Assembly: GCA_003246475.1 (NCBI GenBank)
Contig: QKAL01000135.1
Coordinates: forward strand, 1 to 59,642
From: Lentisphaerota bacterium
GTDB taxonomy: Bacteria > Verrucomicrobiota > Lentisphaeria > Victivallales > SZUA-371
Length of the DNA: 59,642 bases
Direction: 5' to 3'
Every line of letters starts with the position of its first letter. The first letter of the stretch is position 1. Shown here in pieces: positions 36,175-45,373 of this stretch. The notes under the pieces are model-generated. The model was not told the origin of the DNA, did no database searches, and was given only the letters and a program-made list of their open reading frames with translations. The translations under genes were made by a program, and so were the position numbers.

Positions 36175-37068
36175 ATGAAAAAGACCAGGATTTTCACCAT
36201 GCCTCGGCATTTTGTCTTCCGAAATCCTGCCTTTCCGCTCGGTGTCAAGAGGATTCAAGACCAGACACCGTTGCATTATCATGTGCATGAGGATTACCTG
36301 GAGCTGGTGGTGATCGGTGGCGGGCATGCCACCCACATTATCGATGACATGAAATACAGCATAGGTCCCGGCGATGTTTTTGTGATTCAGGGCGGCAGGG
36401 TGCACGCCTATGACGATATTCGCAATCTGGACATCATCAACATACTCTTTGACCCGGAAAAGCTTAACCTTCAGCTTTACGATTTACAGTCCTGTACTGG
36501 GTATCAGTTTCTGTTTCGTATCGATCCCCAGTCGCTTGAAAAAGACCGTTTCGATAATCGTTTTCGTCTCAATGGACAGCAGATTCCCGTAGTTATGGCT
36601 CTGATCGACAGTCTCGTAAATGCGCTCAATGACGATCTGCCGGGGTGTCAGTTCAAGGCGATAACCGTGTTTCACCAGCTTATACTAAATCTGGTGATGA
36701 ACTATTCGCATATGGACGCCGGGGGTATTGCCAATCACGTGCCGCATCTGATCGGGGCGCTGGCTGGAAGTATGGAGAGGGACTGTTCCCAACCCTTTAA
36801 TATCGATGAGATGTGCCGTCGTACCAATATGTCGCGGGCGAGTCTATTTCGATATTTCAAAAAGTATTTTCAGTCAACTCCACAGACGTATCTTGAGAAT
36901 GTCCGGATAGAAAATGCCTCGCGGCTGCTACTTGATTCCGAGCTTGGTGTCGGCGAGATTGCGGTTCGTTGCGGCTTTGACGATCACGCCTATTTTGCCC
37001 GGCGTTTCCGTCTGGCAACCGGTTATTGCCCGGGCGATTTTCGTAAGGTTTTCAAAGACCGGAGCTGA
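36175..37068 (+). CDS. AraC-family transcriptional regulator (cupin N-domain, RhaS/RhaR-like architecture)
   Basis: N-terminal cupin HYHVHEDYLELVVIGGGHATH. C-terminal double HTH MCRRTNMSRASLFRYFKKYF...GFDDHAYFARRFR. Confidence 0.9.
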   Translation: MKKTRIFTMPRHFVFRNPAFPLGVKRIQDQTPLHYHVHEDYLELVVIGGGHATHIIDDMKYSIGPGDVFVIQGGRVHAYDDIRNLDIINILFDPEKLNLQLYDLQSCTGYQFLFRIDPQSLEKDRFDNRFRLNGQQIPVVMALIDSLVNALNDDLPGCQFKAITVFHQLILNLVMNYSHMDAGGIANHVPHLIGALAGSMERDCSQPFNIDEMCRRTNMSRASLFRYFKKYFQSTPQTYLENVRIENASRLLLDSELGVGEIAVRCGFDDHAYFARRFRLATGYCPGDFRKVFKDRS

Positions 37069-37173
37069 AGGTATGTCCCATAAATTCTGAACTGCAAATT
37101 ATATTATCTTCTTGTTGCAGAATGGGGAGGCAACAGCGGCATTTATGGCTTCTGGTGTTAACCGCCAGTGTGT

Positions 37174-38076
37174 TTATTTTCCGCCGGGACAGATGAAATC
37201 GAGAATCTTTTTAGTGACAAGGTCGCTTGGTTCGCCGATTTCGCGGTTGATGGAGGCATGGGTCTTGCTGTCGACCGGAACGGTTCGCGCCAGGTAGCCG
37301 TTTCTCTTCAGTACGTTGGATAATAAGGTGTTCTGTTCCTTGGCGTCATCGCGTCGGCTGACGTAAAACATCAGGAACGGAGGGATATGCATGTCGGCTT
37401 TGACTTGCAGTGCCGGAGAGGCGTCTTTCTGTTTTTCCGAATCCTCGGTGAAGGCCTTGATGAAACATCCGCGCAGCATTCCGAAGCGCGGCAGTTCGGC
37501 GATATGGCGTGGCAGGTCATAACCGGCACCGTCGAGCAGGATTACCCCCTTGAGGGATTGCGGCGGGAGTTTTACGGCGTCGATATAGCGTTGGTCGATG
37601 GCGACCAGAGCGGCAAGATGTGCTCCGGCGGAATGGCCCATGACGTAGATACGTTCCGGATCGCCGCCGTATTCGGCGATGTGATCGTGGATGTATTTCA
37701 GAGCTGCGGCAATGTCGCGGACGTGTTCGGGGTGTTGAACCGCCGGGGATAACCGATATGAGATCGTGACGTAGATAATGCCGTGGGCAGTGAAGAATCT
37801 TGCCTTGTCACTGTCGGCCCCATTGTTGCCGTTGTCGCGGTTTCCGATGCACCAGGCTCCGCCATGGATCATTACCAGCACGGGTGCGTTGTCGGCTTGG
37901 GGCGGAATTCTCAGATCCAACTTCTGTCTGGGATCGGCCTTTTCGCTGTTGGCGTAATTTACGTCACTGACGATGCGGTCTGATGATGAGAGGTTTTCCG
38001 CAGCGCAGCAACCCGTAAACAGCATTATTGCCGGAAATATTACGGATAAAATGATCTTAGCTGAAAATGTGCTCAT
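37174..38076 (-). CDS. Secreted alpha/beta-hydrolase (esterase/lipase)
   Basis: Signal/TM N-terminus, oxyanion motif MIHGGAW and nucleophile elbow GHSAGAHL. Confidence 0.85.
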   Translation of the reverse strand: MSTFSAKIILSVIFPAIMLFTGCCAAENLSSSDRIVSDVNYANSEKADPRQKLDLRIPPQADNAPVLVMIHGGAWCIGNRDNGNNGADSDKARFFTAHGIIYVTISYRLSPAVQHPEHVRDIAAALKYIHDHIAEYGGDPERIYVMGHSAGAHLAALVAIDQRYIDAVKLPPQSLKGVILLDGAGYDLPRHIAELPRFGMLRGCFIKAFTEDSEKQKDASPALQVKADMHIPPFLMFYVSRRDDAKEQNTLLSNVLKRNGYLARTVPVDSKTHASINREIGEPSDLVTKKILDFICPGGK

Positions 38077-38082
38077 GATTCC

Positions 38083-38119
38083 CTCGCGGTGTGTGGTTTA
38101 AAATCTATTACACCGCGAG
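38083..38119 (-). promoter_or_regulatory. Perfect 10-bp-stem hairpin abutting the esterase RBS
   Basis: CTCGCGGTGT (38083-38092) and ACACCGCGAG (38110-38119) with a 17-nt loop. On the mRNA strand the 3' arm ends ...GCGAG-GGAATC-ATG, so the SD-like GAGG is half inside the stem. No U tract follows. Confidence 0.45.
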
Positions 38120-38202
38120 AGATTAAAATATTACAAATACAGTATTTTTATTCATTTCTTGATGGGCGCGAAAAACTTCATCCGGGTGGCTTGGCGAACC
38201 GA

Positions 38203-39171
38203 TCAGAATATTTTGTGTTTGTACATCTGATTGAGCAGTTCCAACCCGAAGAGGCGGAAAAAGACCAGTATCGGCAACATGAAAACCGCCCAGATATATG
38301 GGATGAAAAGCAGGATCAGTGCGGTACAACAGGTACACAGGACGATGACCATGACCAATGTCCCCGCAGCCATATACAGCAGCAGATAGAGAATGGCATA
38401 TTTGATAAAGGTCCAGGTAAAATGCTTGAACAGTCTGGCGGCGGTCCAGGTGGCGCGGAAGGCGTTCTGTTTGCGGATGAACACGATAGGTACGATAAAC
38501 TCATCGAAATAGAACACCAGCAGGTTCATCAGCAGTGAAAGGACAAGCAAGACTACGAGAGACAGGACAAAGCCGGTGATGGCTGTGGCGTCCGGGGTGG
38601 AGATTTTTCCGTTGGCGAAACACCCCTTTATCCATCCGGCGGAAAGCAGCAGGGGCAGTGCACAACCCACCAGAACAATGAGTGGAGAAATACAGAAATA
38701 GACGATTTTCCACAGGAAGATGGAATTTCCCAGGAGGAAGTTTTCCCGGAATGAGGCGAAAAAACGTTGGGATTTGTGAAGCAGGTTGTCTATAAAGATC
38801 AACTGTGACTGCGACCTGACCCACAGGAGCAGCAAGCCCAGCAGGGTGGCGACGGTTACCCCGAGTACAATCCAGATCGGATTAATGGCGAGCAGTCCGT
38901 CGATATCGACAATGTCCCGGATTGAGCTGTAGTCTCCCTGGGAGATATCCTGGGCAACGGCGGCGATGGTCTCCTTGTCATCGTTGATGTACTCCTTCAA
39001 AACGGCCTTAACAATTTCATTGATATAGGCGCCAAGTTCAGAGCCGAACTGGCTCAGCCATGCGCACAAACCGAGCAGCAGCCAATTGAGAATATTGAAA
39101 GGTTTGAACAGCAGTTCCGTCATGTGCCGGAGCGCGCTTTCTGCCGCTGCCATATTGCTGATATTTTTCAT
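38203..39171 (-). CDS. Multi-pass membrane protein, unknown function
   Basis: 322-aa ORF with about 6 hydrophobic helices. I recognise no catalytic motif. Confidence 0.6.
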   Translation of the reverse strand: MKNISNMAAAESALRHMTELLFKPFNILNWLLLGLCAWLSQFGSELGAYINEIVKAVLKEYINDDKETIAAVAQDISQGDYSSIRDIVDIDGLLAINPIWIVLGVTVATLLGLLLLWVRSQSQLIFIDNLLHKSQRFFASFRENFLLGNSIFLWKIVYFCISPLIVLVGCALPLLLSAGWIKGCFANGKISTPDATAITGFVLSLVVLLVLSLLMNLLVFYFDEFIVPIVFIRKQNAFRATWTAARLFKHFTWTFIKYAILYLLLYMAAGTLVMVIVLCTCCTALILLFIPYIWAVFMLPILVFFRLFGLELLNQMYKHKIF

Positions 39172-39199
39172 CGTCTTCCTCCCGTGTGTCGTGTAAAAA

Positions 39200-40495
39200 C
39201 TATGTGACTGCGACAGTCAAAACCTTTTTGACCGCGGCGATAGTGTCATTTATGGCCTTATCATCCAGGGTGGGATGGATCTGGAACATCATACTGCGGG
39301 TTCCGACGTAATGATCGTTGGGCAGATGTTCATCCCGTTTCAGGTCATAGGTCATGCCGGTGATAGGATTGGCCATGTTCCGCCATGCGTCCTCCATTCC
39401 GATTGCCCAGTTGCTGCCGTAGGTACAGAAAACGCCCTCGGCGTTGATCGCGGCAATGACGCGGTCGCGGGTCCATCCCGGCGTGAGTTTGTTGATGTCC
39501 AGCAGGACATAATATTTATAGCAGGCGTGGTGAATATGTGGCGGAGTATCAAATAGTATCAGGCCGTTGACGTTGTTGAGTTCGTGGTCGAAAATCTGCG
39601 CGAAATGTCTGCGGCGCTCGACCCATTGCGGAATTTTGGAGAGCTGTCGTCGGCCGATGGCAGCCTGCATTTCGGTCAGTCGCCAGTTGGTGCCGATAGC
39701 GGAGTAGTCGGATGATGTAGCGGCAATTCCGGCATCAGCCAGCGGATGATGCAGCGGCAGATTATAGCGGTGGAAATTTTTGCCGTGATCCTTATAGGTC
39801 CAGGCGCGCAGATAGAGCTCCGGGTCGCGGGTTGCGATCATTCCGCCTTCTCCGCCGGTGGTCATGATTTTATCCTGGCAAAAGGAAAATGCCGCCATAT
39901 GCCCGATTGTCCCGAGCATCCTGCCTTTGTATCTGCCGCCAAGGCATTGGGCGCAGTCTTCAATGACTTTCAATTTGTTTTCGTGGGCGAAGTCCATGAT
40001 CTCATCCATTTCGCAGGCACGGCCGCCGAGGTGTACGCAAACGATTGCGCGGGTACGTGGCGTGAAAACAGCCTTGATGGTGTCGATGGAAATGTTCTGG
40101 CTGTCGCGTTCGATGTCGGCGAATACCGGTACTGCTCCGTGGACGGCACAGGAAGACGCCGAAGCAATGTAGGTACGGCTGGTGACGATGATCTCATCGC
40201 CATGGCCGATGTTCAGCGCATGGAGACATAATTCAATCGCCAAAGAACCGTTGGCAACTGCGATGGCATAAGGAACGTTAAGATAAGTAGAAAATTCATG
40301 TTCGAACATGCCGTTGTGACCGCGCGCCAAGGAGCCGTCCGCGAGCTTATGCAGGTCTCCGGTCCAATAGTTGACCTTGCCGGAACGCAATACCTCGCTT
40401 GCCGCGTTAATCTCATCTTCATCGAAGTGAGGCCAGCGCGGCCATGGTTCCGTACGGATCGGGGAGCCTCCGTCAATCGCCAGTTGTTGTTTCAT
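39200..40495 (-). CDS. DegT/DnrJ/EryC1/StrS-family PLP-dependent sugar aminotransferase (WecE-like)
   Basis: FEHEFSTYLNVPYAIAVANGSLAIELCLHAL, GDEIIVTSRTY and FSFCQDKIMTTGGEGGM (PLP lysine context). Confidence 0.9.
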   Translation of the reverse strand: MKQQLAIDGGSPIRTEPWPRWPHFDEDEINAASEVLRSGKVNYWTGDLHKLADGSLARGHNGMFEHEFSTYLNVPYAIAVANGSLAIELCLHALNIGHGDEIIVTSRTYIASASSCAVHGAVPVFADIERDSQNISIDTIKAVFTPRTRAIVCVHLGGRACEMDEIMDFAHENKLKVIEDCAQCLGGRYKGRMLGTIGHMAAFSFCQDKIMTTGGEGGMIATRDPELYLRAWTYKDHGKNFHRYNLPLHHPLADAGIAATSSDYSAIGTNWRLTEMQAAIGRRQLSKIPQWVERRRHFAQIFDHELNNVNGLILFDTPPHIHHACYKYYVLLDINKLTPGWTRDRVIAAINAEGVFCTYGSNWAIGMEDAWRNMANPITGMTYDLKRDEHLPNDHYVGTRSMMFQIHPTLDDKAINDTIAAVKKVLTVAVT

Positions 40496-40591
40496 AGTTA
40501 TATCTTAAAAAAATTTTGAGCTGGTTAATAATTAAGGATTGATTGGCGGAAATTCAAGTTTTTTTTGACGATAAGGACGGATATGATGCAT

Positions 40592-41866
40592 TTAATCGTC
40601 GATTTTCTTTTCTTTGATGGCGTCGTTGCTGTCGGCGTCAAGGAAACTGTTGATATAGTGTGACATGAAATTGATGCTGGACAGCTTGACTCGTGACCCG
40701 AGAGTGAGGCTGATGTAATCAAAGGAGCAGAATGGAATGAGGAAGCTGCCGCAAATTATTATCATGTCCAGTACCATAATTTTCCATCGGCGGAAGAAAC
40801 TTTTTTCCGCGATTTCGATCAACGGCAAAGACAGAAGCGGAATAGCCAGCAGTTCGATTCCTTCCCGGCGGGTTATTGCCGCTACTCCGGCAAGGAACCC
40901 GTAAACGAACCAGAGTTTGAAACTCTTATGCTTGATTGCCATAAGTCCCAGCCATATGCAGACGGTAAAAAGCGGCAGATATAAGGCTTCGCGAAGACAC
41001 GATACACTCATACGGACAAAATATGGGTGGAACGCCGCCAGCATTGCCGCAAGAAGCGCAAGGTAATGTTTTTTGAACAGTAGCATGCCGGAGCCGTAGA
41101 CAGCCAGGATCATCGGTAGACTCAGGGCGATTCCCAGCAGCAGCGCCAAATTATAGGCTCCGATTCCGAGTATTTCGCCTGATGCCAGCAGATAACTCCA
41201 GAACGGCAGAATCTCCTGGGTTCCGGAGGTCTCAAATGTGCCGCGCCGCTTTTCAAAGTCGCCGTTTACTGCAAGGTTGCGATCCGGAGCAGAGGGGGAA
41301 GTGATGCGTAGGTCGTCCATGTAAACAACGCCGTCGCCCTGAAAGTAGCGGAATGACGGTTTAATCTTGCGTATATCCCGATCCAGTGTTATGGTTTTTT
41401 CCGCTCTGGTCCACGGGAAATTACCGATTGGAAATGGCGCAGCGAAGAAGTGGTATTTGTTGTCCTGATCGATGATTTCCAGAAACAGCCGTGCCGTTTC
41501 TATCCCACGGCATTCACCTTTGGCCATGACAGAAACATTAATGGTCCTGGTTCCCGGAGCGACGTCGGTGGGAAACATCTGAGTCCATTCTGAGTTTCCG
41601 TTGCGATGGTTTTCGATCTTCAACGAGTGCCTGCCGGTGAACGCTTCATTTACCGACCACTTGCCGGTAGTCAGGAGACAGTCGTTGTCGATCCAGCCGG
41701 AAACGGTTTCTTCCCCGGAAAAAATCTGTCGTGCCTGATGTATATAGCAGATAACATCTTCTTCGACATAGGGTGTTATCAACAGCCGTGCGATTCTGGC
41801 TGCGATCCCAATTACTACTATCCCCCACAGTAAATATTTGTGTCTGGTCAGATATTTAAATGTCAT
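40592..41866 (-). CDS. Membrane protein resembling the N-terminal two-thirds of a GT-C (ArnT/PMT_2-like) glycosyltransferase, with a beta-sandwich-like insert in loop 1
   Basis: TM1, then PYVEEDVICYIHQA (acidic loop-1 motif). A ~180-aa soluble insert follows (GKWSVNEAFTGRHSLKIENHRNGNSEWTQ...VYMDDLRI, CBM4_9-like by eye). Then 6-7 TM helices with AAFHPYFVRMSVSCLREALYLPLF and GVAAITRREG. Confidence 0.5.
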   Translation of the reverse strand: MTFKYLTRHKYLLWGIVVIGIAARIARLLITPYVEEDVICYIHQARQIFSGEETVSGWIDNDCLLTTGKWSVNEAFTGRHSLKIENHRNGNSEWTQMFPTDVAPGTRTINVSVMAKGECRGIETARLFLEIIDQDNKYHFFAAPFPIGNFPWTRAEKTITLDRDIRKIKPSFRYFQGDGVVYMDDLRITSPSAPDRNLAVNGDFEKRRGTFETSGTQEILPFWSYLLASGEILGIGAYNLALLLGIALSLPMILAVYGSGMLLFKKHYLALLAAMLAAFHPYFVRMSVSCLREALYLPLFTVCIWLGLMAIKHKSFKLWFVYGFLAGVAAITRREGIELLAIPLLSLPLIEIAEKSFFRRWKIMVLDMIIICGSFLIPFCSFDYISLTLGSRVKLSSINFMSHYINSFLDADSNDAIKEKKIDD

Positions 41867-41893
41867 ATTGTTCCCAAGTCTGGAGTATAAAAA

Positions 41894-42634
41894 TCAGTTT
41901 TCGGGTTTATCGGTAACTAGATAGAGGACATATTTATGTTTCCCCTTGCTGGAGAAATCTTTCAGAATTTCGAGTTGCGGTACGTTTGGTTTGTTGCGGA
42001 GGAACGAAATATCGATGTTTTCCAGAAAAAGAAAGACACGGTCATATCTGCGGCTGAAGTTCCGTAAATATGAATCAAGCAGTTTAATATCTTTGTTGTT
42101 GATATACTGATAGGCTGCACCGGCGTGAAACGCCATTCGCTGATCCGGCGAATTGGTGATGACGCAGGCCTTGGCGTTGGAAGGAATATGCCTGGCGGCG
42201 ATTGCAGCGGCCGTACTGATGTAGGTCTTGGGACGGGGAGGATGCAGTACTTTGCCAAGCGACAGGACTGCCAGGATAATAACTCCCAATATCACAATGT
42301 GGTTGCGTTTTAGCGGAATTTTACAGTAACGAAAAATAAATTCAAGGGTTATTATTGATGGCTTGAATCCGGCGACACAGATGATTACGCACAACAGGGT
42401 GAAAGGATAGAGGTATCGGGAGTTGAACTGAGTGTCGTTGAAATACAGCAGCATCCTTGTGGTGAGGATAAGTAACATTGCCGAAATAATATAGATCAGA
42501 CCGTTTCGGTTCCTGAACTGTCTGATGCCAAAGGGCACCATTACCAACATGGCGAAGACCGCGAACCACCATGATTTCAGATTTTTATTGAAGAAATCAA
42601 ACCAGAGTTCAAGCGAGAGAAAAGGATGATTCAT
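41894..42634 (-). CDS. Membrane protein resembling the C-terminal part of a GT-C glycosyltransferase (4-5 TM plus soluble tail)
   Basis: Hydrophobic N-terminal half with NSRYLYPFTLLCVIICVAGF, then a soluble C-terminal ~110 aa. 246 aa. Confidence 0.45.
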   Translation of the reverse strand: MNHPFLSLELWFDFFNKNLKSWWFAVFAMLVMVPFGIRQFRNRNGLIYIISAMLLILTTRMLLYFNDTQFNSRYLYPFTLLCVIICVAGFKPSIITLEFIFRYCKIPLKRNHIVILGVIILAVLSLGKVLHPPRPKTYISTAAAIAARHIPSNAKACVITNSPDQRMAFHAGAAYQYINNKDIKLLDSYLRNFSRRYDRVFLFLENIDISFLRNKPNVPQLEILKDFSSKGKHKYVLYLVTDKPEN

Positions 42635-42685
42635 CTTACGTTTCCTCTTGCTTGAATAAAGTATGGACGGATATTAATCTCATGG

Positions 42686-43489
42686 TCAGGAATTTACCTT
42701 GCCGGAAAGAGGTGTCGAACTGTTTTCTGACGCTTTCGGGCGCAACCTGTTCACTCCGAATTTATACAGGATGACTTCAAGGATGAATTTCAAAAGTTTG
42801 AGCTGCCTTTTCCATCTTGAAGGCTGTTTGAGCAGACGGTAGAACCATTCCAGTCCCAAATTCTGCCAGAAGATGGGTGCGCGCGCTACTTTCCCGGTAA
42901 TGGTGTCGAGGGTGCCGCCGATTCCCTGGCAAAGCCTGACCGTTTTTAATTCGTGAAGATGTTCGTGGATCCACTCTTCCTGACGGGGGCTGCCCAGAGC
43001 CACAAAAAGGATTTGTGCATTTGAACGGTTGATGTTTTCCACCAGTGCTTTCATATCCTTGACATAACCGTCGGCTCGGCCGACGATATTGATTCCGGGG
43101 TGGCGTTGCTTGAGGATTTCGCAGGCTTCCCGGTTTACCTCATCCCCGGCTCCGTATAGAAAAAGTCTATAGTTTTTCTCCACGGACTCCGCGCAGATGT
43201 TCTGCATGAGGTCAGCGCCGGGTACGCGCGATACTCTGGCTCCGTACAAAAAACGCAGTGCCTTGACCACACCGATGCCGTCAGGGATCAGAAGCGAGGC
43301 TTTACCGAAAAATTCCCGCATGAAGGGGTTGGTTCTGAGGATAAAGACCTTCTCTGGATTGACCGCCAGGATGTACCCCGGAGTATTGCCGTTTCTGACA
43401 TAATCCTCAACAAATGACAACGCCTTTGACATATCCACCGCATCTACGGGGGTGTCCAGCACATTCAGTCTTTTAATTTCGCCGATCAT
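42686..43489 (-). CDS. WecG/TagA/CpsF-family glycosyltransferase (GT26)
   Basis: LLIPDGIGVV, RLFLYGAGDEV, LGSPRQEEW and EWFYRL motifs. Confidence 0.85.
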   Translation of the reverse strand: MIGEIKRLNVLDTPVDAVDMSKALSFVEDYVRNGNTPGYILAVNPEKVFILRTNPFMREFFGKASLLIPDGIGVVKALRFLYGARVSRVPGADLMQNICAESVEKNYRLFLYGAGDEVNREACEILKQRHPGINIVGRADGYVKDMKALVENINRSNAQILFVALGSPRQEEWIHEHLHELKTVRLCQGIGGTLDTITGKVARAPIFWQNLGLEWFYRLLKQPSRWKRQLKLLKFILEVILYKFGVNRLRPKASENSSTPLSGKVNS

Positions 43490-43530
43490 TTTTACCCTTT
43501 GACTGTCGCTGAAATTTTTACTTTATATGA

Positions 43531-45369
43531 TTAACATTTGATACGGTCATTGTCAAGGACAAACCGCACGCACAGGAGGAGAAACAAATGACGTTCCATA
43601 TTATATCCGGCATCATGGCGTTCGATGATCTTTTTCACTTCGTTCTGGTCGAAAAAGGCAGCGAACGTTGAATTCGGGTCAAGCAGAATCCCGCGCAGCG
43701 TATCCGATTGCCTGAACCACTTTCGGGTGGGAGACAAAAACCCCTTTTTGGGACGGTGAACGATATCCGGCGGGAGCTTCTTCTCCGCGTATTTTTTATG
43801 GATGATCTTGCCCTTTTTGAGCCTGACCCGGTATTGTGATGGTAACGACTCGATAAACCGGACCAGTTCCAGATCCAGCAGCGGCACCCGGCACTCCAGC
43901 GAATGGTTCATCGTTATCTTGTCGGTATAAAGGAGCAGGTCGTCGGCAAGGTTCATGCGGACATCAACAGCCATCATCTGTTCAACTGAGTTTTTTTTCT
44001 GCGAGCACCCGAGCAGGTCGTGGAAATATCTGATCCGATTTTCGGCAATCGATTCACGGATTCCGGTCAGCCGATATATTTCTTCCGGCGAAAAGACCTC
44101 GTATGTCTTCAGAAAACGCCTGACCGTATCCGGTTCGGTCATGACGTTTGCCCCCCGTAGCAACGCTGAACTTTTAATTTTCGCGCCCTTGATTACGGCG
44201 TTTGCCAGAGGTCCCAGACTGGTGGGGATATACCGGGTCAGCAGTTCACCTTGATAACGCCGATAACCGCCGAGGGGTTCATCCGCGCCTTGTCCGGTAA
44301 GAACGACTTTGACCTGCGATGCCGCCAGCCGTGCCAAAAAATGCATGGGAATCAGCGATGTGGTTGCCAGCGGTTCCTCAGTGATCCGGACGCATTCCTG
44401 GAGGGTGGTGAAGAAGTCCTGGCTGGATATTCTTACCACATGGTGGTCGAGTCCGAGGAATCCGGCGGTCTGCGCCGCGTCATTGATCTCATCTTCCCCG
44501 GCGTTCTCCTCGAACCCGATAGTGAAAGCTTTGATTTTTTGAGAACATTTGGATCGGGCGCTTGCCGCGACCAGGGCGGAATCGACGCCGCCGCTGAGCA
44601 GTATGCCGATCTCGACGTCGGACATGAGCTGGCGTTCGACTGCGGCGGAAAAATAGTGATCATACTGTTCAAGGGCGTCGGGTAAACTGATCCTCTTCTC
44701 TGCCGGAATCGTGGGGATATAAGGTATTTCCCTGATTCCTACGTTTTCGCCGGAGAGGGAGACCTCAAGATAATGTCCCGGTCGGATCTTGGAGATGTCG
44801 TCGTAAATGGTGTCGGGAGAGGGCAGATAGCGCAATCGTAGCAGGGTGGCAAGTCTGTCGCGGCTGACTGTGCTGTCGGCCAGCATCCTGATCGGTCGGA
44901 TCTCCGAGGCGAAGCATAGCTGGTTTCCGCTGAGCTTGTAGTAGACCGGCTTGACGCCGAATGGGTCGCGGGCGATATAGATTTTTGCCGCAACACGGTC
45001 GACGAAACAGAATCCGAATATGCCGTTGAACGATTCCAGCGCCTTGATGCCGTTCTCGGCAAGGGCGTACAGGATGGATTCCGTGTCCGAATGTCCACGG
45101 AATGATTTTTGTCGGAGCTGCCGGCGAAGTTCCATGTGGTTGTAAACTTCGCCGTTGAATACGATCATGTACCGTCCGTCCTCCGTCTCCATTGGCTGAT
45201 GCCCGGCCTGGCTGATATCGACGATGCTGAGACGGCGGTGTCCCAAAGTGATCTGGTGTCCGGCCACGGACAGGCTCCGCAATCCGTAATCATCCGGCCC
45301 CCGGTGTTTCATACGTTCCAGAGCGGATTCGGTAAATGGCAGGTCAATGGTACCTAAAATACCGCACAT
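43531..45369 (-). CDS. Asparagine synthase-type glutamine amidotransferase (AsnB/WbpS-like)
   Basis: N-terminal nucleophile MCGILG, the Ntn GATase domain and the PP-loop LLSGGVDSALVA. 612 aa. Confidence 0.9.
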   Translation of the reverse strand: MCGILGTIDLPFTESALERMKHRGPDDYGLRSLSVAGHQITLGHRRLSIVDISQAGHQPMETEDGRYMIVFNGEVYNHMELRRQLRQKSFRGHSDTESILYALAENGIKALESFNGIFGFCFVDRVAAKIYIARDPFGVKPVYYKLSGNQLCFASEIRPIRMLADSTVSRDRLATLLRLRYLPSPDTIYDDISKIRPGHYLEVSLSGENVGIREIPYIPTIPAEKRISLPDALEQYDHYFSAAVERQLMSDVEIGILLSGGVDSALVAASARSKCSQKIKAFTIGFEENAGEDEINDAAQTAGFLGLDHHVVRISSQDFFTTLQECVRITEEPLATTSLIPMHFLARLAASQVKVVLTGQGADEPLGGYRRYQGELLTRYIPTSLGPLANAVIKGAKIKSSALLRGANVMTEPDTVRRFLKTYEVFSPEEIYRLTGIRESIAENRIRYFHDLLGCSQKKNSVEQMMAVDVRMNLADDLLLYTDKITMNHSLECRVPLLDLELVRFIESLPSQYRVRLKKGKIIHKKYAEKKLPPDIVHRPKKGFLSPTRKWFRQSDTLRGILLDPNSTFAAFFDQNEVKKIIERHDAGYNMERHLFLLLCVRFVLDNDRIKC

Positions 45370-45373
45370 GTCG

